Below, piece by piece: positions 1 to 8,352 of a stretch of 25,157 nt of DNA; the stretch's first letter is position 1; every line of letters begins with the position of its first letter. The position numbers and the translations under genes were made by a program. The stretch comes from a virus (lineage: Duplodnaviria; Caudoviricetes), in IMG/VR virus record IMGVR_UViG_3300034012_000789, positions 1 through 25,157 of that record; one strand, 5' to 3'. The notes under the pieces are model-generated. The model saw only the letters and a program-made list of their open reading frames with translations. It was not told where the DNA came from and ran no database searches.

Positions 1-982
1 CGGTAGCATAGGAAGTCATCCCATGCTTTGTTTTGTCATACGCAAATGTGTTTCCTGTCAGCGTGTAGTTATTGCGTTTGAACTGCTTTCTGCTCACGCT
101 GTATTTGTCACGTGATGCCATGCTGCAACGCACACTTTCAAAGCCACCCAACGGGTTCAGGAAGTAAAGATATTGCGGCACATATTTGCTGCATTCTTCC
201 ACCACATCAAAGCGGTACACTTCGCTGAAATTGCCACCAATCGTCTGGGTGAACTGTATGGTGTAATATGCCGTGCCAACAGGCACAACACTACCGGGTG
301 TTCCCGATGTCAACTCCCCTGCTGTGAGTGCATTTAACTGAACAACACCTGCACCAAATCTAACCATGAATTGCGATGTGTCGGATGTGCTTGGAGTCCA
401 AGGTAGCTTCAAATAGCTTGTGGCAATCACTGAACCTGCGGCATTGTATGCCATCACCTTTGGTTCGATGTTAAAACCGAGCAGCAAAAAATAAAGGTAG
501 TCGTACTGCTCACGCGTTACAATCCTTGGCCGCACACGTGTGAGAAATTTGGCTGAATTAGGTGTTACATTTATCTTGTAAGTGTCGGGTGTTTCGCTGC
601 CGTACAGATTAAACAACCCGTTCCACACATATTTACCCGTGTCGGATGCAAGGTTCAGGTATTCCGTGCCGCTATATTCTTCACCAAATTCCACGCTGTA
701 TGCAAGGTAGCTGTTATTGCACTTGCTGATTGCGGTCAGGTTTTGGGTAAAGTCGTAGGTAACATAGTTTTGCAATATGCGGCTGATGTTGAACACACCT
801 TTGTCGGTAGTGCCGTGAAATATCGGGGCTTTCAGTTTGGCTATGGTCGTGCCTGATGCGTTTTTGATTACCGCAATAAACTTGAAATTTGCCTGTGCGT
901 AGTTGGTCGAAGTGACCACGTAACTGATATCCGAATAAACCGGGGCGACATCGTTCGGCTCGGTATTGATAGTGATTGCCAT
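1..982 (-). CDS. Putative tail/baseplate structural protein, runs off the left edge of the window
   Basis: Not in the ORF track. Manual translation from ATG 982 gives MAITINTEPNDVAPVYSDISYVVTSTNYAQANFKF...YLYFLNPLGGFESVRC..., open to the window edge. Beta-rich, preceded by the CTAC motif, in a tail-gene context. Confidence 0.7.
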   Translation of the reverse strand, partial: MAITINTEPNDVAPVYSDISYVVTSTNYAQANFKFIAVIKNASGTTIAKLKAPIFHGTTDKGVFNISRILQNYVTYDFTQNLTAISKCNNSYLAYSVEFGEEYSGTEYLNLASDTGKYVWNGLFNLYGSETPDTYKINVTPNSAKFLTRVRPRIVTREQYDYLYFLLLGFNIEPKVMAYNAAGSVIATSYLKLPWTPSTSDTSQFMVRFGAGVVQLNALTAGELTSGTPGSVVPVGTAYYTIQFTQTIGGNFSEVYRFDVVEECSKYVPQYLYFLNPLGGFESVRCSMASRDKYSVSRKQFKRNNYTLTGNTFAYDKTKHGMTSYAT

Positions 983-1009
983 TACTTAAAAAAGTAGGTT
1001 TGTGCCTAC
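983..1009 (-). promoter_or_regulatory. Small hairpin/terminator overlapping the putative late promoter motif
   Basis: Minus strand GTAGG-CACAAA-CCTAC-TTTTTT-AAGTA-ATG; its 3' arm contains CTACTTTTTTAA. Confidence 0.55.
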
Positions 1010-1594
1010 CTATGTAGTGGCAATTTCACTTGTAACGTATGCGGTGATGGGTTTACCCAAGGCATCTCCCAAGTGCTGTGCGATTGCATCGATATTGGCA
1101 GGGGTCAGCACATCGCCTATAAAATTACCGCCCTTGTAACCAAATCTTTTTATCGTTCCTTTGGATGCTATTTTGCGAGATATAGCAATGGCAAATGACC
1201 TGACCGCTTCATCCATTGTTTGCCCTTCCTTTGGCTTGACCTTTGCATAAACCGTGCGTTTGTTTCTTATCCAATTTTCAAGCGACTGAATGGGTGGTTT
1301 GTTTCCGGGCCTTCTGCCTTGGTCAACATACAGATAATATTTTGACATCATAATCGGCACGGTCACTCCGCTTGGTGTTTCAATAAAATCACCCACACCC
1401 GTTTCCGCAATCAGGTTACCCGTTGACTTCAATTCCTTTCGCTCCATGTCCTCACGGATGGCATCAATAATTCTTTGAGCCACTCCAATAACAAGGTCAG
1501 CAAGTAATGAATTAGGCATGGGGCTGTCGGGTATTCCGAACTTGTCCAGCAACCCTTTGTTGATTGCATCCAGTTGCGCTTTGGTAATGTTCAC
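1010..1594 (-). CDS. Putative tail completion/neck protein (HK97 gp10-like)
   Basis: 194 aa, GTG start. Motifs STGNL, YYLYVDQGRRPG..PP...L..WI, FAIAISRKI..KG are typical of gp10-like morphogenesis proteins. Confidence 0.6.
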   Translation of the reverse strand: MNITKAQLDAINKGLLDKFGIPDSPMPNSLLADLVIGVAQRIIDAIREDMERKELKSTGNLIAETGVGDFIETPSGVTVPIMMSKYYLYVDQGRRPGNKPPIQSLENWIRNKRTVYAKVKPKEGQTMDEAVRSFAIAISRKIASKGTIKRFGYKGGNFIGDVLTPANIDAIAQHLGDALGKPITAYVTSEIATT

Positions 1595-1608
1595 ACTTAT
1601 AAAAGTAG
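1595..1608 (-). promoter_or_regulatory. Putative late promoter motif
   Basis: CTACTTTTATAAGT directly before GTG 1594; matches four other copies. Confidence 0.55.
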
Positions 1609-1635
1609 AAACCCCGACACAATGGCCGGGGCTTC
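1601..1635 (-). terminator. Rho-independent terminator
   Basis: Minus strand GAAGCCCCGGC-CATTGT-GTCGGGGTTTC followed by TACTTTT. Confidence 0.7.
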
Positions 1636-1721
1636 ATCCGTAGGGGGTTCGAACTCCTATCCTCACCAATGGTGAGATGTTACCCTTTGCCGCTATTCAT
1701 TCACGGTTACACCAACGGTAT
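1636..1721 (-). ncRNA. tRNA-like RNA with collapsed anticodon loop and D-loop insertion
   Basis: Short acceptor CCGT/ACGG; TGGTGTAA...GGTAACAT D arm; CTCACC-ATT-GGTGAG hairpin; T arm AGGAG-TTCGAAC-CCCCT. Upstream promoter ATTG-N20-TAAGTTTG (1755-1724) and downstream terminator. Confidence 0.55.
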
Positions 1722-1728
1722 TTCAAAC

Positions 1729-2040
1729 TTACAACATTTCCTGCAATAATGCAATCTTGTAAACGGTGCTATCTTTGGCAGACTTTGCCGATTGCGCTGC
1801 TGTGTTAAGCCGTTCAGTTCTTGCCCTATCCTTTTCCGTTTGAAAACTCACAGCATTCAGGAACTCCACAAGCGGCATGTTCAAAAAGAAATCCCACTTT
1901 GTTCGGTCACCCCCTGCAATGTTGTCCACCATTTTCAGCCAACTGATTGCTGGTCGGTCTTTTCGTCTGCTATCTTCTTCAACTTCGCCACTTCCGCTTC
2001 TAAATATACTTGGGTAGCTTCGAGTAATTCCGGCAAGCAT
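1729..2040 (-). CDS. Tail assembly chaperone, -1 frameshift extension (GT-like portion)
   Basis: Lies in the -1 frame relative to the upstream ORF and opens right after the T9 run at 2045-2053. Confidence 0.65.
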   Translation of the reverse strand: MLAGITRSYPSIFRSGSGEVEEDSRRKDRPAISWLKMVDNIAGGDRTKWDFFLNMPLVEFLNAVSFQTEKDRARTERLNTAAQSAKSAKDSTVYKIALLQEML

Positions 2041-2528
2041 AGAGAAAAAAAAAGCGTGTAAGCGTATGCAAACGAAATCGGCATCCGTTCCTTGAACTGC
2101 GCTGCAATCTTTTCAAAGTCATCTGTCTTGACTTCCTTACGCTTGGGTGGGAATATCCGGTAAGGCACACACAGGGCCGCCATAATCATGTGCAAGTTCT
2201 GCACCCATTTGTCCTTTTCAGCAAACAAGTCCTGCACCATGATAAATTGGTGCGCTTGTAAGTGGTGCTGATTGGCTGCGAATTTATACAGCGTGTTGCC
2301 GATACGGAAGCTACCCACGTTCTTTGCAGTAGGAAGTTCTGCCATAAATGCAAGTTTCGCTAATGCAGACGTGATGTCCACGATGCGCATCTCCTCGATT
2401 GTGTCCAGTTTTTTTCCTGATAAAATGGACAATGTTTTGATTTGATTGTCAAACGATGGCTCGGTCAATAGCTGCAATTCCTGAAACTGCGCTATGCTGA
2501 TTTGATTCCAATTCTTTGGTAATTTCAT
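1935..2528 (-). CDS. Putative tail assembly chaperone (G-like)
   Basis: 197 aa starting MKLPKNWNQISIAQFQEL. Contains slippery CTT TTT TTT TCT with an overlapping -1 frame ORF. Confidence 0.65.
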   Translation of the reverse strand: MKLPKNWNQISIAQFQELQLLTEPSFDNQIKTLSILSGKKLDTIEEMRIVDITSALAKLAFMAELPTAKNVGSFRIGNTLYKFAANQHHLQAHQFIMVQDLFAEKDKWVQNLHMIMAALCVPYRIFPPKRKEVKTDDFEKIAAQFKERMPISFAYAYTLFFSLCLPELLEATQVYLEAEVAKLKKIADEKTDQQSVG

Positions 2529-2722
2529 ATGTTACCTCCGTATGTTTCGTTGTAGTATTCAATACCATCTAAATTTCTATTTGCTATTGGAAAACCATCT
2601 ACCGCATCTATTATCTGCTGTTTCTCCATTTCTTTGGCTTGTGAAAATTCTTCGGCTGTGATATAGCCCTTTGGTCTGCACCTATCTTCCAACCATTCAA
2701 CTGCTGTCTGTTTGTTTTCCAT
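2525..2722 (-). CDS. Small protein, KQTAVEWL/AKEME family, copy 1
   Basis: Start revised to ATG 2722, which sits 4 nt after TATATTTG. Paralogous to 5086-5277 and 14819-15040. Confidence 0.75.
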   Translation of the reverse strand: MENKQTAVEWLEDRCRPKGYITAEEFSQAKEMEKQQIIDAVDGFPIANRNLDGIEYYNETYGGNI

Positions 2723-2726
2723 ACTA

Positions 2727-2734
2727 CAAATATA
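2727..2734 (-). promoter_or_regulatory. Bacteroidota -7 promoter element (leaderless)
   Basis: TATATTTG-TAGT-ATG; the upstream TTTG is at suboptimal spacing (16 nt). Confidence 0.5.
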
Positions 2735-2739
2735 CAAAA

Positions 2740-3927
2740 TTAAACAATAACAAACACACCTTTTTTATTCTTTTGGCTGCAATACCGGGCAAGTGCCAAC
2801 GCACATACAGCGTCATCGTGCAACCCTGATGGCGCAGAATAACGCAATCCCGTTGCCGTGTGTTCAAATTCAAAGTTACGCATTTCATCTGCGATTATTC
2901 CCTCTGGGAACTTAATCAGCCCAGCGTGAACGTCAGCGGTCAACTGCTCCATCATCTGTTGTTTGCTTACCGATGTGAACTTAACCCCAACAGAACGGGG
3001 GCAATGCCGTTGTATTTTCTCCACAATCGGGTCACCTACTCCCGTGCTATCTATGGCAGCAGGGGTGTTGCCTACTACCCGAATGATGTGCTGTTCAGTC
3101 TGCGCCCAGTCCTTTTGAAAGCGGTCAAAATAGCAGACACGGTATTCGGAGTCAAGACCAATGATCACCGTGTAGTCCGAATACTTTGCAAGGTCAATGC
3201 CATACCACTCAACAGGTGCGGTGGAAATCGGTGCAATACACTGCGAAATGTAGCTCAATCCAAACGGGTTGCTGCCATCCTCGGTTGGTTCGGCTAAATA
3301 CAACTCACTGAATATGTGCTGTGGCAAATCCCTTTTCGCCTGTTCCACTTCTTCAAGTTTCAGGACACCTGCATTGACTGCGTCATAAGCGGTAATCTTG
3401 AAAAACCCGTAGTTAGGTTCACCCATCCTTGCACGTTCGGATAGCTTATATCCCCAGTTCTTTTTCCCCTTTACGTTACCGATTAGCTTTGCCTTGCCTT
3501 CGGTTTTGGTAAGGGTGGAACGCAGGGCATACCACGCATCTTCACGAGCCCGTGTGAACTCATCAAATACCGCAGCATAGACATCATCACCATAAAGGTT
3601 GTCGGGTTTGTCAGCGGACTTAAATTCAATGATGCCACCCGTTGGCAATGTCAAACGCAACTTGCTTTCATTGACCTTGAAAAAGTCACGCACGGTCACT
3701 TGGTTGCGCATACGCCTGAATGCAATCTCTGCCTGTTGGTACACGGGAGCAACCCACCAGACCGACTGGTTTTCTTTTAGCTTCAATGCCTGTTCAAACA
3801 GCCAAATAATATGACTTGCTGTCTTGCCCACTTTCGTAGCAGCAGCGGTCACGGTGTATCTGTCTGGGCTGTCAAGTATAGCCCTTTGATAGTCCGTTAC
3901 GAATGGCCGGGTGTAGCTAATGTGCAT
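2740..3927 (-). CDS. terL: Terminase large subunit
   Basis: Walker A-like AATKVGKT, WVAPVYQQA, Walker B AVFDEF, RNase H-like nuclease motifs GIDLAK..D.T and HDDAVCALALA. Confidence 0.9.
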   Translation of the reverse strand: MHISYTRPFVTDYQRAILDSPDRYTVTAAATKVGKTASHIIWLFEQALKLKENQSVWWVAPVYQQAEIAFRRMRNQVTVRDFFKVNESKLRLTLPTGGIIEFKSADKPDNLYGDDVYAAVFDEFTRAREDAWYALRSTLTKTEGKAKLIGNVKGKKNWGYKLSERARMGEPNYGFFKITAYDAVNAGVLKLEEVEQAKRDLPQHIFSELYLAEPTEDGSNPFGLSYISQCIAPISTAPVEWYGIDLAKYSDYTVIIGLDSEYRVCYFDRFQKDWAQTEQHIIRVVGNTPAAIDSTGVGDPIVEKIQRHCPRSVGVKFTSVSKQQMMEQLTADVHAGLIKFPEGIIADEMRNFEFEHTATGLRYSAPSGLHDDAVCALALARYCSQKNKKGVFVIV

Positions 3928-4955
3928 TGATAAAATTCCAATCTGTCTTTGTTTATGGCTTCAAGGTTGTGGTGTTGATTGCAGTAAACCTGATTTGCTT
4001 CCCCTCGTGAATAGGTTGCAATCGGTTGGCTTTCCATTGCCTGTTTCATGGCTTTATACCACTCATCTGGTGTGTTCAGGCAGAACTTCACCCCGGCATT
4101 ATTCAGGTGTTGCAGGTATGGTTCAACTCCCGATGCGATAACCGGCAATCCGTAGGCAGCCGCTTCGATTATTTTCAGTTCGGATTTGCAGCTGTTCCAT
4201 TCGTTCTGCTCCAATGGTGCAAGTGCGCAATCAAACAGGCGGTAGAAATTGCCGTACTCATTCGGCTGCTGTGCATGGCTGACCAATACCTGTGGCCGCA
4301 GCACCGGGTTGTTGCCGTTGAACTTGTAAAGGATGCTATCCCAAATGTAGTTATTTGCCATCCATCCGCACAAAACAAAGCGGACATTGTCATGCTCGTT
4401 GCAGATGCGTTCGATTGCTTCCGATAGTATCATGATGTCATTTGAGTGAGTAAGTCCACCCACCCAACCAAATGTAAAATATTCCCGTTCCTGCGGTGTT
4501 GAAAGCCACTGGTCATCTGTCAGGTCAAGTGCATTCGGCAGCACCTGCACATTGCAGTTGTACTTGGATATTTTCTGCGCCAAATAATCGGTAGTCGTGG
4601 TAACTCCGTCTGCATACCTGATCCCGTCAATGATTTGCTGTTTCAGCTTATGCTCCCGAAAATACTTGTAAGTCGGGTGGTGTTTTGGCAGTACCCAATA
4701 GTCGTCAATGTCCACGATGTATTTGATATTGTTCTTTGCCAAGTAGTGGAGTATCTCGTAGTGGTTCTCTCCCAGCCATCTGTTGAAAATGACAAGGTCG
4801 TAGTTAGATAAATGCGGTATTCCATTGCGTTCAAAGTTTTGGGATATGCTGACGGTTATGTCATCAGGGTAATCAATCTGCAATCGTTTCAGGGGTGTAT
4901 ACAGGCGGTGGTATTCAACTCCCCCCATGCCTTCCCAAAGTGCTAACACTTTCAT
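3897..4955 (-). CDS. Glycosyltransferase, GT-B fold (GT4-like)
   Basis: GGVEYHRL, VDIDD, LPNALD, FGWVGGLTH, KSELKIIEAAAYGLPVIAS. Confidence 0.85.
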   Translation of the reverse strand: MKVLALWEGMGGVEYHRLYTPLKRLQIDYPDDITVSISQNFERNGIPHLSNYDLVIFNRWLGENHYEILHYLAKNNIKYIVDIDDYWVLPKHHPTYKYFREHKLKQQIIDGIRYADGVTTTTDYLAQKISKYNCNVQVLPNALDLTDDQWLSTPQEREYFTFGWVGGLTHSNDIMILSEAIERICNEHDNVRFVLCGWMANNYIWDSILYKFNGNNPVLRPQVLVSHAQQPNEYGNFYRLFDCALAPLEQNEWNSCKSELKIIEAAAYGLPVIASGVEPYLQHLNNAGVKFCLNTPDEWYKAMKQAMESQPIATYSRGEANQVYCNQHHNLEAINKDRLEFYQCTLATPGHS

Positions 4956-5089
4956 TTCATCATCTCCTTTATTTCTGCAAATAGCCGCCTGATTTCGGGT
5001 GACTTGATTTTAAGACAGGCCACTTGTAATTTTATTGTGCGCCTTTCTTTCGTGCGTTTCAGCCGTCTGCGCTGTGCTGTGTATTTCAT
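4952..5089 (-). CDS. Small basic protein (45 aa)
   Basis: MKYTAQRRRLKRTKERRTIKLQVACLKIKSPEIRRLFAEIKEMMK; ATGA overlaps with both neighbours. Confidence 0.6.
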   Translation of the reverse strand: MKYTAQRRRLKRTKERRTIKLQVACLKIKSPEIRRLFAEIKEMMK

Positions 5090-5277
5090 TCGTATGTTTC
5101 TGTAAAATATTCGTATGCGTTCAGGTCATCATCAATCATGGTGGCGTTAACCGCATCCATAATCTGTTGCCTTTCCATTTCTTTGGCCTTGTTTATTATT
5201 GCAGTTGCCTGTTCAATAGATAAACTATTTTTCAGGTTTTCAAGCAACCATTCAACTGCTGTCTGTTTATTGCCCAT
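5086..5277 (-). CDS. Small protein, KQTAVEWL/AKEME family, copy 2
   Basis: MGNKQTAVEWL...KAKEMERQQIMDA...YEYFTETYE. Confidence 0.75.
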   Translation of the reverse strand: MGNKQTAVEWLLENLKNSLSIEQATAIINKAKEMERQQIMDAVNATMIDDDLNAYEYFTETYE

Positions 5278-5629
5278 CTAAATTCAGTGTGATTTTTATT
5301 TCGCCTGTGACCGTCTGGTTTACATCTGCCGTTTCTTTTGGTTTGCCGTACACCCTGCTGAGTAGCGTTTCAATGGAATACAAGCTGCCCTTTTCAAGTG
5401 ACTTCCGCATAGCATTGGCAATGGTCTTTTCAAGTACCGTTGCCTTCGGGTTCTGCCACACTTCTTTCAGTTCGTCAAGGTCCATTGACAACATCGCCTG
5501 AATGGTGTCGTTTATTTCGGCAAGTTTGTACCCCTGTTCTTTGAGTAGAGTGACGTACTTTTTCGGTCTGCCGTTTGGGTTTCTAACTTCCCCTTTTTGC
5601 GCTGGTATCAAATTATGTTCGTTTGCCAT
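5267..5629 (-). CDS. Putative terminase small subunit (DUF5681-like)
   Basis: KGEVRNPNGRPKK motif, LLSRVYGKP, beta-strand C-terminus; lies upstream of TerL. Confidence 0.7.
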   Translation of the reverse strand: MANEHNLIPAQKGEVRNPNGRPKKYVTLLKEQGYKLAEINDTIQAMLSMDLDELKEVWQNPKATVLEKTIANAMRKSLEKGSLYSIETLLSRVYGKPKETADVNQTVTGEIKITLNLDGQ

Positions 5630-5647
5630 GTCTTCTTATTTCTCTCT

Positions 5648-6067
5648 TTATTTTCCACATGTTGGACACATTTCTTTTTCTTCCGGTTCATCCTTGATTT
5701 CGGGTAGGTCAACTCCCCATGTGATTAACTCCTCTGCATCCCATTCGTTTGCCAATTCATCCCAGTTCCACTCCCCGAAAGATACGTTGTCCTTTATCAA
5801 AAATTCATCACGCTGTTTAGCTGTCCACTCGTCTGCTAATATGATTGGGATTTCTGCCGCCCCGATGTCGCAAAGTGCCTTATATCTCATGTTACCGCCA
5901 AGGATTGTGTAACCCCCAAAGTCGGAAGTCACGCAAACAAGTGGTCGGGCTGTCAGCATTTCGGGAAACTCAATAATTGACTGCTTCAATTTGGCGAACT
6001 TATCCGCATTGATTGTCCGAGGATTGTTCGGGTTGGGGTGAATATCTATGAGCTTAACCCACTGCAT
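5648..6067 (-). CDS. ParB/Srx N-terminal domain protein
   Basis: IHPNPNNPR, LKQSI.EF, ILGGNMR, KDNVSFGEW, C-terminal CPTCGK. ATG 6067 preferred over TTG 6073. Confidence 0.85.
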   Translation of the reverse strand: MQWVKLIDIHPNPNNPRTINADKFAKLKQSIIEFPEMLTARPLVCVTSDFGGYTILGGNMRYKALCDIGAAEIPIILADEWTAKQRDEFLIKDNVSFGEWNWDELANEWDAEELITWGVDLPEIKDEPEEKEMCPTCGK

Positions 6068-6794
6068 TGACAAACTCCTTTGCTTTTTGTTTTACTTCGG
6101 GATAGGTTGCCATAACTTTTGCCATGCTTTCATTCATTGCTTTGATGTAATCTTCACGGGTTGCATCCGACATGGTTAAAATCTTTTTCACATCGTCATG
6201 GTCATTGACCACAATACAAGACACATCGGCTTGTAAATAGTCGCTATAACCTAATTCAAATGACTTTTTGTCCATGATTGGGATTGTTCCGTTCATCATT
6301 GATTTCAACACCACGTTGCACAGATATCCCAAATGTTTGAAGTGGACAAGGAATTTGGTCTTTGCCAACATTCCCTGTACATCGTGACATGGATTGTCAT
6401 CAAGTCCATAAATAGGAATATTCAGGTTTTTGGTAATTTGATAGTTTGCGTAATCCCTTTGTGAATAGTAGTGAATAATCGTGACCGCATCCTGTGTTTT
6501 TTCCTGTGGTGTTTGCGGCTCAAATACAGGGGGCAAGATAATTGACTGGCCATCCCATTTTTGGGTGGTGTCTTTTGTGAATGCATATTTAAAACCCAGT
6601 GCAGTAATTGCGGAAGTATCTTGCACACATGGATAAATTATAGTCCTTTGTCGGTCAAGTCTATTGATTTGTGGCACATCGGGACAGGCAATGATTTGCG
6701 ACATATCGGGGAAATCATTACCAATATGCCTTTGTCCGGGACAAAAGAAATTCACCCGTTCATATTCGTCAATATGCCAGTCCCAAATTATCAT
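6054..6794 (-). CDS. Divergent glycosyltransferase-like protein
   Basis: C-terminal LGYLCNVVLKSMMNGTIPI resembles the GT-B ExxGxxxLEAMxxGxPVI motif without the acidic residues. Confidence 0.5.
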   Translation of the reverse strand: MIIWDWHIDEYERVNFFCPGQRHIGNDFPDMSQIIACPDVPQINRLDRQRTIIYPCVQDTSAITALGFKYAFTKDTTQKWDGQSIILPPVFEPQTPQEKTQDAVTIIHYYSQRDYANYQITKNLNIPIYGLDDNPCHDVQGMLAKTKFLVHFKHLGYLCNVVLKSMMNGTIPIMDKKSFELGYSDYLQADVSCIVVNDHDDVKKILTMSDATREDYIKAMNESMAKVMATYPEVKQKAKEFVNAVG

Positions 6795-7405
6795 GCAGAG
6801 TATATTCTCACGTTGCGGTTAATGTGATTGTCAGCTTTGAAACCAAACTGCGCCATTAGGTAATCAAGTCCTGCATGGCTGAAAATTGTGCAATGCCCTA
6901 CCTTTGGTTCAATGTATTCGTCATGTTCGGTCAGCCAATCGGCAAAGGAAGTCTCAATCATTACCTTGCTACCGGGGTGGCAGAACTCTTTTATTTCGGC
7001 CAACTCGGCAAATGGTGCTGTCAGGTGTTCGATTACCTCGGTCAGCACAATTACATCGTATTCCTTTTTAAGGGATAAAACATCGGCATAATATCCGTTG
7101 TAAGGGTCATAACCATCACAATCAATACCAGCATCCTGCATGAATGTAACCATTAAACCAGTTCCACAACCGTAATCCAAAATGGTGGGGTCATGCTTAC
7201 CTGATATTTTGCGGATGCGTTCCAATCGGGTTTGGTTCATGTCATCGGTGTTGCGAGTATCTTCATTGCCACCGCCTACCATGCCTGATTGGTCTAACTT
7301 TTTGCAAAAGATATTACCCAAGTCATCGGTGTAGTATTGCACCCCACCTTTGATGAATGCCTTTTTGGCTACCTTCCCGGTAATGGGTGATTTAGTTTTG
7401 CTCAT
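6791..7405 (-). CDS. Class I SAM-dependent methyltransferase (sugar/small-molecule type)
   Basis: ILDYGCGTG, GYDP, YDVIVLTEVIEHL; no DNA MTase motif IV. Confidence 0.85.
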   Translation of the reverse strand: MSKTKSPITGKVAKKAFIKGGVQYYTDDLGNIFCKKLDQSGMVGGGNEDTRNTDDMNQTRLERIRKISGKHDPTILDYGCGTGLMVTFMQDAGIDCDGYDPYNGYYADVLSLKKEYDVIVLTEVIEHLTAPFAELAEIKEFCHPGSKVMIETSFADWLTEHDEYIEPKVGHCTIFSHAGLDYLMAQFGFKADNHINRNVRIYSA

Positions 7406-8153
7406 ATTTTGATTTCAATATCTGTGTCAGGTTCATTATTGTCCATGCACCATAGCCATTGTCACCCGTTGGGATTACGTTGTGCGCAGTTGGGCAGATT
7501 TCAACAACACGTGGATGCTTCATTACCTCGGCTATGGCATAGGCCATTGACTGGTTTCCGACAAATAACTCACAGCCCTTGATTATGCCGCACAGCTCCG
7601 CAAAGTCTTTTACTTGGATGTGAGAAATGTCGGGCAGCTTCGCCGAAATGATGCGGTATTCATCGGCAAGCCCTACAAATTTTATCTTATCCTGATACCT
7701 GCGCAGGATGGAATAATCAAATGTCGGGTTGTGGTACCGGGCTGTGCGGTTCAAAATGATTTGATGATTGCCTAATTGCCATACATCAAAGTGTATCGGC
7801 TCGGCAAGGTTGCAGGTAAGTTCAGGGTAAATGTGAAAATACCACTGGGAGATATGTCCTGTGTAATTGTGGAACTTCCTGAACAGGTTAAAATTATAAT
7901 CGGTTTTGACAGCTTCATCCGTGATTGTGCATTTGCCTATAAAGTCGGTAGACATCAAAAGCGGAACGAGCATCTGCGCCATCTTTAAATTCATTTGCAC
8001 TTTGCCCATCGGATGATTGAAACTATACTGGGCAGGAACATCTACCTGTAAATACAGATGCACTTTGCTATCGTGCAACCGAGATGCTGCTCTCATTGCC
8101 GGGAGTGAGTAAATCAAATCCCCTGCGTTACCGCCATGAATAATACTAACCAT
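7392..8153 (-). CDS. GT9-like glycosyltransferase (heptosyltransferase-like)
   Basis: HGGNAGDLIYSLP at the N-terminus and LFVGNQSMAYAIAE near the C-terminus, resembling GT9 GD...GNDSG motifs. Confidence 0.7.
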   Translation of the reverse strand: MVSIIHGGNAGDLIYSLPAMRAASRLHDSKVHLYLQVDVPAQYSFNHPMGKVQMNLKMAQMLVPLLMSTDFIGKCTITDEAVKTDYNFNLFRKFHNYTGHISQWYFHIYPELTCNLAEPIHFDVWQLGNHQIILNRTARYHNPTFDYSILRRYQDKIKFVGLADEYRIISAKLPDISHIQVKDFAELCGIIKGCELFVGNQSMAYAIAEVMKHPRVVEICPTAHNVIPTGDNGYGAWTIMNLTQILKSKYEQN

Positions 8154-8352
8154 TGAGTGCTTCCCTATATAGTTTTTTTAGTGCATCAAACATACAACTG
8201 CGACACGCTGGGAACGGTTGTCCGTACAACTGTCTGTGAACTTCGTTAAGTTTGGCATAGTACCCAGCTTCAAGTGAGTAAGTGCCGGTCTTGTTTATCC
8301 TCTCAATATGCGACTTCAAGTCAAGGCAAAGTGAACGCTGTTCAGGTGTCAT
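8146..8352 (-). CDS. Small CxxC protein
   Basis: MTPEQR...PACRSCM; start revised to ATG 8352 (ATGA overlap). Confidence 0.7.
   Translation of the reverse strand: MTPEQRSLCLDLKSHIERINKTGTYSLEAGYYAKLNEVHRQLYGQPFPACRSCMFDALKKLYREALNG

Noticed and set aside
1636-1721. Functional decoding tRNA
   Set aside because: 3-nt anticodon loop, short acceptor stem, oversized D loop and no CCA; kept only as a tRNA-like RNA.
6791-7405. DNA methyltransferase (as often found next to ParB)
   Set aside because: No DPPY/NPPY or PC motif; the EVIEH pattern fits sugar or small-molecule methyltransferases.
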